DNA of 54,166 nucleotides from a virus (Duplodnaviria; Caudoviricetes): IMG/VR virus record IMGVR_UViG_3300033149_001397, positions 1 to 54,166 of that record; one strand, 5' to 3'. Shown piece by piece: positions 20,301 to 28,378 of this stretch (position 1 is its first letter; each line of letters starts with the position of its first letter). The notes under the pieces were generated by a model. It saw only the letters and a program-made list of their open reading frames with translations, ran no database searches and was not told where the DNA came from. The position numbers and the translations under genes were made by a program.

Positions 20301-20605
20301 TTGAAAACATTTATTACGCCAGATGCGGCTGCTGTTAGTGCGAGATATCCTGTTGACAGCGCCGTTATTCCTGCGGCCATCGAGGAAAATTTGCTTTTCA
20401 GGTTGCCGGAACTTGTGGCCAATTTTTGGCTTGATGCGGCCATCTTGTCTGTGGCGGCTTTCGCACCAGCCATCGATGCCTTTATTTGGTTTCCTGCCGT
20501 TCTCGCGTCTGTTCCGGCCTTTTTGAATTTGCTACTGACGCCCTTAAGCACATTGCCAGCGGCGTCTTTTGCGCGTATAATAATCGTTACATCTTTGTCA
20601 GTCAT
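17324..20605 (-). CDS. Tail tape measure protein
   Basis: 1093 aa, Ala/Gln-rich helical, N-terminal IIIRAKDAA, Gly-rich C-terminus; follows tail chaperones. Confidence 0.9.
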   Translation of the reverse strand: MTDKDVTIIIRAKDAAGNVLKGVSSKFKKAGTDARTAGNQIKASMAGAKAATDKMAASSQKLATSSGNLKSKFSSMAAGITALSTGYLALTAAASGVINVFKNFIGSAIEQESVWQRLALSLQTFGYESDSVVAKVQAIGAEMQNVAGIGDEDVGETFTMLLNATGNLDTAFDALDVTLSAMETGLVRNKTAVKAIAEAYGGNSATLETMLPFLREYGAELDKQEKQMGRTFTEAERAEKMIAKMKDTIGGLAKQGMTTEKQINKFKNAIEDTKKSIVDLLIPSLSEMAGAFADIATDISEAVAWLGKLRESVSEKFEVVIDIVRKGAGGEGTIGGSLVDAGVTGAKKGYEYGRAFAGGPAGVVFKAYKETKNIFDLAQQIRKEAEKPTGTVEGMFGVKSPKQQIQEWREAQRVAKQQLKTQEDISVEIENQLKNIENINRQREFGGQKKLSPHAELNLLTKTLQYAKENGAAQEQIFELQDKIIAKRNEVNSQIKDGNEEDLRYLELKQQGEEQLFNLETQHEERMRSLKAERAAAEMAAAKQIADLKAEAVAAEQRGFEAGKAEQWKESQKAIEQIKSSYSEYLRSTGEQNNKLKESNALLQQSVDTLEKDNTLLQATFDIYSGLANAQNLTFEQRKQAMADIQRLQTQISKDAQEALQHMSRSHDLGVQMDIAYNGLVGHQAQAAELLGKITKLEYGLAATTEEEVALRRAVNEGLAQYAEMLGVSTTEAESLLQTIRGISKEEFEMMQQRKRFADQVAAIEKKYGNIMMFGGDVSGRAAELERLYRTRAEETGDIFSFRQAEFYAGVAEAEKSQADAAKAAQDAAKRWHDEVFNATSSALQKGFDEGPRAAVDSLADYLKNKIKKAAADALAAEILGVGGAGAGMGAGIFGGIFGGGGGGAPSRASAMAAAMGGVGNMRAGVAGAGNFGTSFMAPMAMGVYGGQARAAGIAQGGGLLGGIGGGGGMLGGFGPYLGAAMLLSGLFKKGRGAPQSGVAALPQFQGINQMGGSLDVLRGSEAFTRAAFSGRNEAGRLSSDFANARFGEPRVQVEVEVKPGGMFDAEVSQRLVGQISRSNSGGVPRRTGFTNG

Positions 20606-20831
20606 TTACATCAGCCGCCTCCCGGGTATCCCCGCGTTCCTGCCAGACCGAAGTTCCTCAAGTCGTTGTCTCCGTTTAGCTTCTTTGCTTTTTTTGCTCA
20701 GATACTCAGAATAGATTATTATCTGCTTGATTGTAAGCTTTGATATCTGTTCGGGGGTCCACTGCAACCCCTCAATAAGTGAGCCGAACATGCCGCTAAA
20801 ATCTACTCCAGCATCATATTGTTTTTTTTTT
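20606..20831 (-). CDS. Tail assembly chaperone C-terminal (gpT-like) segment reached by -1 frameshift
   Basis: -1 frame is open from the A10 tract at 20822-20831 into MFGSL...WTPEQISKLTIKQ. Confidence 0.8.
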
Positions 20832-21243
20832 GGCCGCTACGCTCTGCTTCCTTCCGCACCTTCTCGACAAACTCATCGAGCGGCATATCGTAGTTTGCAA
20901 CTATGACCGCGTTGAGAAAGCCTTCAAAATCTTTAACTCGCACAACACGCCACAGGTATTTCCGGCTGTAGTGCGGCAATCCAAGAGAGCCCTTGAGCCG
21001 CTGTAATAGTGTCGGAGTTGGGTTATAAAGCACCGACTGTAAAAAGGCTATCTGCCTTGTAGGTTCCTCCGGTCCCTGAAAGAACTCCGCGAGGATGTTG
21101 CGGAACTTTATTTGCTCGCCAAGCTGGAATGATTTCACAAACCATTCGTGGCCAAGCGAGTCACGAAAAGACTCCTGTCCGAATATCTGCTCAAGTGAGC
21201 GCTGCTCTCCGGGTCTCTTGGATCTTTTTGATATGTATCCCAT
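20803..21243 (-). CDS. Tail assembly chaperone (gpG-like)
   Basis: Between tail tube and TMP; ends just after slippery CAAAAAAAAAAC. Confidence 0.8.
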   Translation of the reverse strand: MGYISKRSKRPGEQRSLEQIFGQESFRDSLGHEWFVKSFQLGEQIKFRNILAEFFQGPEEPTRQIAFLQSVLYNPTPTLLQRLKGSLGLPHYSRKYLWRVVRVKDFEGFLNAVIVANYDMPLDEFVEKVRKEAERSGQKKNNMMLE

Positions 21244-21262
21244 ACCACCACACCTGTTGTTG

Positions 21263-22273
21263 TTACGGGTCAGGATACCCGCTCTGGCCGTTAACCAGCG
21301 TGACCGTCATCATTGCAGAGTTTGTGGTCGAATACTTTGTTACGAAATCAACATCCTGCATGATGCGGTCATCCGCGCCGGTAAGGTTCGGTTCGCCACC
21401 ACGCAACACGATTTCGTGGAAATCGAACTGACACCGATAATTGTAACTCGATGAGCCGATCTTGCCATACGTCGCGTCATACGCATCCGACATCACAATG
21501 TTGTAGGTCAAGTCCACAACGTTAACATAGTCGCGCGGAGCGGTCGCTGCCGCATGCCCCCAAATAAGGCGCATGATATCCATGTCGTCGAACTCAAGAC
21601 TAAATGTGCCGCTGCAGTCGAACTGGTGCGCGACAATCTTGCCGACATACCGCTGGTTGTTCAGCGTCATAACCGGTTCGAGCGCGTTGGTAATGTTGAT
21701 CTCAAGGTTTTCAAAGCTCGTATTGGCGACACTGTTCAGCGTTACGCTCGCATGGAATGGTAAGAACGGGTCCAGGGTTGTATAGCTCGGCGTCTGGATT
21801 GCCCCTTCTTTGACCGTCTGCGCCTGCAGGTTAACGCTCATCTCCATGATTTCATCCGGTGTTATTCCCATTGTGAACCCGTCGAACACGCAACCGAGAT
21901 AGTTGAATACCCCGGCCTCTGAATCCTTCTGAATTGTGAATGATGGAAGCGACCCGCTATCAATCGGAGTGAATACGTGCTGATATGCACCGCCGCCCAA
22001 ATCGGTTGTGGTCACCTGTCCGAAGATGCCCTTGAAAATCCAGCCGGTCAGGTCCTCGGGAAACAGCAAATAGTTGAAACTCCCGGATGCGGTTAAACTG
22101 GCCGGTAGGATCCGCTTGTTGCCACGGATGCCGCCGATTAATCTCGGTATGTGCAATGCGTTGTCGCTGGAAAGGTCAAGGTTTGAAATCTCGCCAAACA
22201 CATCAACAGTTGCCTCTGTGCCGAAGCTCGTTTCCTGCTTAAGCCCCATATGTCCTGCCATTGCTACTGACAT
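21263..22273 (-). CDS. Major tail tube protein
   Basis: GLKQETSFGT, YQHVFTP...LPSFTIQK, YLGC.FDG pattern; position; GAGGTG SD. Confidence 0.85.
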   Translation of the reverse strand: MSVAMAGHMGLKQETSFGTEATVDVFGEISNLDLSSDNALHIPRLIGGIRGNKRILPASLTASGSFNYLLFPEDLTGWIFKGIFGQVTTTDLGGGAYQHVFTPIDSGSLPSFTIQKDSEAGVFNYLGCVFDGFTMGITPDEIMEMSVNLQAQTVKEGAIQTPSYTTLDPFLPFHASVTLNSVANTSFENLEINITNALEPVMTLNNQRYVGKIVAHQFDCSGTFSLEFDDMDIMRLIWGHAAATAPRDYVNVVDLTYNIVMSDAYDATYGKIGSSSYNYRCQFDFHEIVLRGGEPNLTGADDRIMQDVDFVTKYSTTNSAMMTVTLVNGQSGYPDP

Positions 22274-22346
22274 ATTATTTCACCTCCCCGATGGGGGATT
22301 GAAAAAAACGGTGTCCCGAAAGTGTGTGTGCGCGCGTGCGCATGGC

Positions 22347-22799
22347 TTACGGCTGTAGCCGTTTCTCTTTTCTGCGGCCTTCCAGCAATAACTCGCCGAC
22401 GAATATCCAATCAGCATCATCGTTGATTACGTCGGTCCGCACGCGCCGTACCGCTGCCGGTCTGGTAAACGCGCCGTCAAACATGCGCCCCCGGCAGAAG
22501 TGTCGCAGATCATCTGCGATATGCAATAGTCCCTTTGTTGTCGCATCCCCGAAATACGCAATCTCCGGGACTAAGTGCTTTGTTCCAAACTCGATATACA
22601 CAGTAAAAACAGACTCGTCGTTTCCAAGCCTGCCAATTGTTTGTGATGTTACAACATCCTCAACGCGGCCGATATTAATAAATGGAAACATCAGTCGCGT
22701 GGTCTCCCAGCCGCCCTTTGTAAACTGTTTAACCTGCGAGAATGTCGTATCCTTCACGGCGTATATTTCGTTGAAGATTTTGTCAATCGTGTCTCTCAT
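22347..22799 (-). CDS. Tail terminator/completion protein (putative)
   Basis: Position between morphogenesis gene and tail tube; FPFINI. Confidence 0.6.
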   Translation of the reverse strand: MRDTIDKIFNEIYAVKDTTFSQVKQFTKGGWETTRLMFPFINIGRVEDVVTSQTIGRLGNDESVFTVYIEFGTKHLVPEIAYFGDATTKGLLHIADDLRHFCRGRMFDGAFTRPAAVRRVRTDVINDDADWIFVGELLLEGRRKEKRLQP

Positions 22800-23219
22800 T
22801 TATTTCACCACGTTGTGCATTAGTATTTTTACGATTCGTGGGACATCCTCATCCTGAATCATGATGAACGGTCTTGCCACCATGTTGCGTGTTCCTGTCT
22901 GGTGATATTTGCCGTATGCAACGCTCGGGGCAATCGAAACAGCGTTTCCTGTGACACGCCATCCTATTGAGTTTTTCAGCGTACCGGTATCCATCAACGG
23001 CCTTGATGAGCCGCCCCTGCGCCGTGCAATTGTTGACGCCTTCAACGGCGCCCATCGCGTTGGTTGGCCACCAGCTTTAAAGTTTTTGTCAATACTGCCA
23101 ATCATGTAGCGGCCAATATCATCAAGGTTGCGCGGCATTTGTTTTTTTATCCTGTCGCGCAGCATGTCAATGGACTTGATTGCGGATTTATCGTCAACGC
23201 TGATTGATATCTCAAGCAT
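22800..23219 (-). CDS. Phage virion morphogenesis protein (Mu gpG / P2 gpS-like)
   Basis: WAPLKASTIARR, LMDTGTLKNSI, YGKYHQTGT, ARPF. Confidence 0.9.
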   Translation of the reverse strand: MLEISISVDDKSAIKSIDMLRDRIKKQMPRNLDDIGRYMIGSIDKNFKAGGQPTRWAPLKASTIARRRGGSSRPLMDTGTLKNSIGWRVTGNAVSIAPSVAYGKYHQTGTRNMVARPFIMIQDEDVPRIVKILMHNVVK

Positions 23220-23222
23220 TTA

Positions 23223-23678
23223 TTACCAGTCCTCCATGGTACCCTCGTCACCGATTGTTACGCCGTCGGTTTTGCGCGTTATGGTAAACTCCCTGTCCTC
23301 GTCTTTCCTGTTTGACAGCATCAGCGGTTCTGTTGTGGTGTCCGCATCAAGCAACCCCGGGTTGTTTTCTATGATATCGTCTATGCGCTCCAGCGGCCCA
23401 TCACAAAAGCGCACAACCCAATCTGTTTTATTTGGTGCCTTCTGTATTGATAACCGCTTCAATACCTCGCAAACCGCAAGCTCATTTGCAATATCGTCTA
23501 TCTCTCCGGGTACTGTTGTAAGCGGAGTCGTGACAATAGATGATATCCGTCCGTCTATCGCGTTGGACGCCTTTGTCAAAAACCTGTTGATCATATCGGT
23601 CGTGATAAGCGACTCTGTGATCATGTCTCCATAATCCACAAGCATGTCCTGCACGCCCTGTATATTTCCGTATGCCAT
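23223..23678 (-). CDS. Head-tail connector (Mu gp36-like)
   Basis: MAYG, ASNAIDGRI...TPLTTVP pattern; position. Confidence 0.7.
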   Translation of the reverse strand: MAYGNIQGVQDMLVDYGDMITESLITTDMINRFLTKASNAIDGRISSIVTTPLTTVPGEIDDIANELAVCEVLKRLSIQKAPNKTDWVVRFCDGPLERIDDIIENNPGLLDADTTTEPLMLSNRKDEDREFTITRKTDGVTIGDEGTMEDW

Positions 23679-23737
23679 AATCCATCACCTACCAATATTT
23701 TGACAGTCGCACATGGCAAATCATACCACGTGTTTCG

Positions 23738-24628
23738 TCACTGCGTGTTTGCCCTGAACCACTCAATCAGGTTTGAAATCCCGCGATCTATCTGGACAAT
23801 CGGCTTCCACCCCGTGTGTTTTTTTATCAGTGTTGTATCTGCTACAGAATGCAGCAGTTCGCCACTGCGCGGCTTTTCGTATACGCGCGGAAGCTTCGCT
23901 CCGTCCACGCAATCAAATATATCTGCGAGCATATTGATTGATATGTTGTTGCCGGTGCCGACCCCAACTGATTCGCCCACAAGACCGTCTGCATATAGCA
24001 CGTCGTGTATTGCGTGTGACAGGTCTGATACGCTGATAAAGTCCCGTGTCTGCTCACCGTCGCCGTATATCTTATAAGCTTTGAGTGTTCCGTTTGCAAT
24101 GCCGCGCGCCCATAGCGCGATTATGCTGCCCTTGTGCATGGACACAGGGCCATACACGTTTGCAAACCGCAGCGGTGTTATCCGCATTCCATAGGATTCG
24201 CAGTATGCCTGGCAGTATGATTCTGTTGCGGCTTTTGATGCGCCGTATGGCGATGATGCCTTGTCGGCACCCGCCGCGCACGACGAGGCAACAACCACGC
24301 GCATGTCCTTATTCTCTCTGCGCACAGCCTCAAGAACGGATATTGTCCCAAGCACATTTTCGTATGCGTTTATCCACGGGTTTTCCTTTGAGTCAACAAC
24401 CGATGTTTGCGCGGCCAGGTGTACTACCGCATCACATCCGTGTATTGCCGTGTCTATTATATCGTTGGTATGTATGTTCCCGGCGACAACAGACGCACCA
24501 AACGGCACGCCTCTCAACCCGCATACGTCGCCGGTGTCCAGCACCACAACCTCATGGCCAATTTCAAGCAGCACCCTGCAGAGATTGCTGCCTATAAACC
24601 CGGCGCCACCCGTTATCAATATTCTCAT
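23738..24628 (-). CDS. NAD-dependent NDP-sugar epimerase/dehydratase (GalE-like)
   Basis: GGAGFIG, HLAA, YGASK, RFANVYGP, GDGEQTRDF. Confidence 0.92.
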   Translation of the reverse strand: MRILITGGAGFIGSNLCRVLLEIGHEVVVLDTGDVCGLRGVPFGASVVAGNIHTNDIIDTAIHGCDAVVHLAAQTSVVDSKENPWINAYENVLGTISVLEAVRRENKDMRVVVASSCAAGADKASSPYGASKAATESYCQAYCESYGMRITPLRFANVYGPVSMHKGSIIALWARGIANGTLKAYKIYGDGEQTRDFISVSDLSHAIHDVLYADGLVGESVGVGTGNNISINMLADIFDCVDGAKLPRVYEKPRSGELLHSVADTTLIKKHTGWKPIVQIDRGISNLIEWFRANTQ

Positions 24629-25821
24629 TTTTCATCCTCCAATAGTTTTGACCGTCTGTGTTTTCCGTCCCACCGCGTTTGCGGGATTAATACATGCCGA
24701 AGCTTTTCAATCCTGTCTTTATATTGTGATAGATTTTGCAGCATGATTCGTATTTCGCCGCTGATATCCGTTGTTGGCTCGTATCCAATATCAAGCAGAT
24801 GTTTGTGGTCTGGATTATACCTGTGTTTCTCCGCCTCCATGCGCGGGTTTTCGTAGTGCTCAACAGATGCCCTCATTCCGAGGCTGTTCGCCTCTCGACA
24901 AACCATGTGCGCAAGCTCTGTCACGTTATACACGGCCTCGAACTGATTAAACACGCGGTATTCGCCTGCTGCCGGCGGGTTCTCGCACGTTAGTGTCAGG
25001 CACTGCATGGAGTCTTTCAGCGGGAGGAATCCGCGTCGCTGGCCACCAGCTCCATATACTGTCAATGGGTGGCCGATAATCGCAGACGCGCAGTAGCGAT
25101 TAATGGCCGTACCAAAGCATTCGTCAATATCAAACCGCGTCCGCATGTTTGGGTCGTCGCCCATTTCATCAATATGCGCGCCAAACACAACACCCTGCAT
25201 AATGTCTGTTGACCGCAGCCCCCAAATGCGACAAGCAAAACGTGCGTTTTCGCTGTCATGTACTTTCGACAAGTGGTAGAAGCTCCCGGCGTTGCGCGGG
25301 AATGGTGCGTTCTTCCAGACCCGGCCACGGTATTCGATATCAAAAAAACCCTCTGGAATGTCCACTGGCGGCGTGCCGTATTCGCCCATTGTGCCAAGCT
25401 TAACAAGGTGGGCATCCGGGCATACTGTTCGTATCGCCCACAATAGATTCAGCGACCCGAGGACATTGTTGCGCTGTGTCTCCGCTGACTTCCACTGGCC
25501 CATCATGGACCACGGCGCAGACGGTATTTCCGCAAGGTGAACGATTGCATCCGGGAGACAATCCATTAACACACTCTCAAGCTTTATGTATTCAAGCATA
25601 TCGCATTTATATATGTGGTGTCCCGGCCCGTATTTGTCCCTGAACGCCGCTATTCTGTCGTCAATATGGGCAATCTCTATTACGCTGTCTGAGCCCACGC
25701 CATGCACCATATCGCGCCGCAAGCCAATATCACAACCATAAACAGTATGCCCGCGCGCGGCAAGATACTGCGCCAGCGGCCACCCAAGATACCCATCAAT
25801 TCCAGCGATAAAGATTTTCAT
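24625..25821 (-). CDS. sqdB: UDP-sulfoquinovose synthase (SqdB/SQD1/Agl3 family)
   Basis: GIDGYLGWP, HLVKLGTMGEYGTP, GSFYHLSKVHDS, WGLRSTDIMQGVVFG, RFD.DE.FGTA.NR, LTVYG.GGQ.RG, GEYRVFNQF, NPR.EAE.H.Y are characteristic SQD1 motifs. Confidence 0.92.
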   Translation of the reverse strand: MKIFIAGIDGYLGWPLAQYLAARGHTVYGCDIGLRRDMVHGVGSDSVIEIAHIDDRIAAFRDKYGPGHHIYKCDMLEYIKLESVLMDCLPDAIVHLAEIPSAPWSMMGQWKSAETQRNNVLGSLNLLWAIRTVCPDAHLVKLGTMGEYGTPPVDIPEGFFDIEYRGRVWKNAPFPRNAGSFYHLSKVHDSENARFACRIWGLRSTDIMQGVVFGAHIDEMGDDPNMRTRFDIDECFGTAINRYCASAIIGHPLTVYGAGGQRRGFLPLKDSMQCLTLTCENPPAAGEYRVFNQFEAVYNVTELAHMVCREANSLGMRASVEHYENPRMEAEKHRYNPDHKHLLDIGYEPTTDISGEIRIMLQNLSQYKDRIEKLRHVLIPQTRWDGKHRRSKLLEDEK

Positions 25822-25846
25822 TGTTTGTCAATCTCCCGGTTTTGTT

Positions 25847-26677
25847 TTACAGCGCTGTTTTGTTCTGCTCAAGCTCAGCAAATATTTCATTCATTTCGTC
25901 GTGGCGAGATATGGAATCATATTCGCTTTTTGGCAACACGTCTTTTGCCTTTTCCATGTATGATATCTTTTTGTAGTATGCGTTTCTTTCAAGCTTGTAT
26001 ATGTCCTCGTCGAATACGTCGGCAATCGCCTTGTCATATACTGATTCATTGGTGTTCAGGTTGGTCATGTTGTTGCCGCCCATCTGGTGATGCTCGTAAT
26101 TCCAGTATTCGACAATGCCCGGCTCATATTCTTCACCGATAATGCCGCACAGGTATTTCAACCACGCCTCATTCTCCGTTGCGAAATCTTTGTATGACAG
26201 GACTATTGTGTTATCAATGTTTGCCGTTGCGAGTAGCGCCTGTTCGTAGAATGTTCCCCACACGCCTATTTTGTCTTCGCGCTTTCGTATGCGCGCAGAT
26301 GCGTAGAACTCCAGCGGCGACTTGTACATAATGAGCGGTATTATATTTGCTCTCCCACCCCACGCCGGCAAAACGTGCTGCCTGAAATACCAAGGTGATT
26401 TGCTCGAATCTACCATGTTGGTAACGTCAAACAACTCTGCGTATCTGTAATACACATTATTGATATCTGTCCCATGCAGAAATTCATCTGTGATGTATTT
26501 GCAGTTTGTCCGACATGATGAGCATCTGCTGTATTCGATATATCCGCGGTCCGGGCTCGTCCACTGTGAAACCTCTCCGATGGAAACACAGTTCTTGAGC
26601 GACCCAAGCTGATATCCGAGCAATGTGCTGCCACAGTAAGACGCCCCAAGAATGAAAACCACGTTCGGCTGCTTCAT
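25847..26677 (-). CDS. PAPS-dependent sulfotransferase family protein
   Basis: VFILGASYCGSTLL PSB-like loop, SIGE, VDSSK, LSYKDFA; C-terminal HHQMGGN. Confidence 0.75.
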   Translation of the reverse strand: MKQPNVVFILGASYCGSTLLGYQLGSLKNCVSIGEVSQWTSPDRGYIEYSRCSSCRTNCKYITDEFLHGTDINNVYYRYAELFDVTNMVDSSKSPWYFRQHVLPAWGGRANIIPLIMYKSPLEFYASARIRKREDKIGVWGTFYEQALLATANIDNTIVLSYKDFATENEAWLKYLCGIIGEEYEPGIVEYWNYEHHQMGGNNMTNLNTNESVYDKAIADVFDEDIYKLERNAYYKKISYMEKAKDVLPKSEYDSISRHDEMNEIFAELEQNKTAL

Positions 26678-27492
26678 GCGATTCTTCTCCCAACAACAGT
26701 AACCATAATCCCGTTTTCAAACCAGTCGAGAATTTCAAACCCAACCGACTCAAGCATTGCCCGCAGGACACGCCCAAAGAAGTGTGTAGCATGGCCAATC
26801 GGCGCGGCCATTGTGCGCTCAACATCAAGCTCCTCAAGAAATGTTTTGAGCAGAATCGACCCGCCATCCCTTATCATTGACGACATCTTTTTCAAGTCTT
26901 GATGCGGGGAATAGCTGTGCTCGATATAATCCAGCATGACCCCGCAGTCATATTGCCGCATATCATGGTAGTCCTGAAATCGGCCATACCACATGTTCTC
27001 AAGCCCAAGTTTTTGTTTGGCGTTTCGCACGTGCCACTTGTTCAGTTCACACCCGCACAGCTCTTCAACGCCCATATCGCGGACAGCATCAAGGAAAAAC
27101 CCACACGCGCCCCCAACCTCAAATATGCTTTTTGGCAACCCGTTTGCATCAATCACGCGCTGAAATGTCCTCTGGTAAAAGTCCTTGATTTGCCGGCGCC
27201 GTAAGTAGCGATCTTCAACAGGTGTAAACCCTGTATTTAGAAAGTACCTGTCAGCGTGCGCCCGGGCGTTTTCGCTGTTGCCGCTATTCTTTGACAGCAC
27301 ATCAAATCTAAGCCTCGGAGAATAGAACCTGAGGCCGCACCCTGAGCATTCTACAAGATTGTGAAGCGTGTTGTTTACGTTCTCGTAAATCAACACATGC
27401 TCTCTTTTATCTGAGCCACAAAACGAGCAATCCGGTGTTTCCCAGTCTTCCCGCTTTTGCCACCGCTTTTTGAAGTCAACCGTCTTCGACAT
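26674..27492 (-). CDS. Class I SAM-dependent methyltransferase with N-terminal Zn ribbon
   Basis: CSFCG...CSGCG, IFEVGGACGFFL, GCELN, MLDYIEH; start set at ATG 27492. Confidence 0.85.
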   Translation of the reverse strand: MSKTVDFKKRWQKREDWETPDCSFCGSDKREHVLIYENVNNTLHNLVECSGCGLRFYSPRLRFDVLSKNSGNSENARAHADRYFLNTGFTPVEDRYLRRRQIKDFYQRTFQRVIDANGLPKSIFEVGGACGFFLDAVRDMGVEELCGCELNKWHVRNAKQKLGLENMWYGRFQDYHDMRQYDCGVMLDYIEHSYSPHQDLKKMSSMIRDGGSILLKTFLEELDVERTMAAPIGHATHFFGRVLRAMLESVGFEILDWFENGIMVTVVGRRIA

Positions 27493-27496
27493 TCCA

Positions 27497-28378
27497 CTAA
27501 TCCTCTGTGTCTTGTTTCTGCTGGGCAATATCAACCACCGCACCCATAACATGCTGGTTAGAATATGGAAGGCCAGATATGGAAAATACATCGGACACAA
27601 ACCCGCATACGTCCTTGTTGTATAAAGAATCCCGCACCGCACCAAGGTTGCTAATCAGCCCTTTCAGCCCGTGTAGTTTGCTGTATTTCCGCGAATCTTT
27701 CCCGGCAACAATGACGCTGTTGTCTGTGATTGTCCCTATCAGCAGCCCGCATAGCGCCATTGCATCAACATCGTCCCACCGCCGCTTCAGCCGGCTATAA
27801 AATATCCCGTAGTACGGAATTATCCATGGTATCAATCCATGATTCCTGTGTTTCTCAACCAACCCCTTATATCGTTCGTATGACATTTCCGGCGTGAACG
27901 ATGTTCCATGCAGCCCGAGGCATTGGTATCTTCTATTGTCGAATATACATTTGAATGTGTATCCGTCCTTCTTCATTCTGGTTATCTGGTCAACCTCGCA
28001 CGCGACCCTGTTGATATACGGATAGTTTTTCATGATTTCATGCTTGTAAATTTTAACCCCGAATATCCACCTATCAAGATGAACGTCCCACAGCGGATAT
28101 ACTATGATTGCTTCTTTCGGCCCGCTTTCAATCACGCCGTTATACATGCGGCGAACCGCGTCCGGGCGCAACAGCATATCCTCGTCAACCTGTATATAGT
28201 ATGGTGTCTCGCACCGATTAATCATTTCCTGAAATGCCGCCGCTGACGGCGAGTAGTTTTCTACCGTATCAAGCTGAAACTTACAGTCTTGATTCTTTAG
28301 TCTCGATACGCAATCTGCCGCAGTAATGCCGCCAATAGTAATCACGTATACTGTTAATTCGCTGCTAAGGTCTTTCAT
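27497..28378 (-). CDS. GT-A fold glycosyltransferase-like protein
   Basis: LTVYVITIG, AFQEM..RC.T.Y.IQVDEDM (DxD); paralogue of N-terminus of 28375-30150. Confidence 0.75.
   Translation of the reverse strand: MKDLSSELTVYVITIGGITAADCVSRLKNQDCKFQLDTVENYSPSAAAFQEMINRCETPYYIQVDEDMLLRPDAVRRMYNGVIESGPKEAIIVYPLWDVHLDRWIFGVKIYKHEIMKNYPYINRVACEVDQITRMKKDGYTFKCIFDNRRYQCLGLHGTSFTPEMSYERYKGLVEKHRNHGLIPWIIPYYGIFYSRLKRRWDDVDAMALCGLLIGTITDNSVIVAGKDSRKYSKLHGLKGLISNLGAVRDSLYNKDVCGFVSDVFSISGLPYSNQHVMGAVVDIAQQKQDTED

Noticed and set aside
22322-22341. Alternating purine-pyrimidine tract (also near 45233 and 49054) as a Z-DNA element
   Set aside because: Short tracts with no functional evidence obtainable from sequence alone
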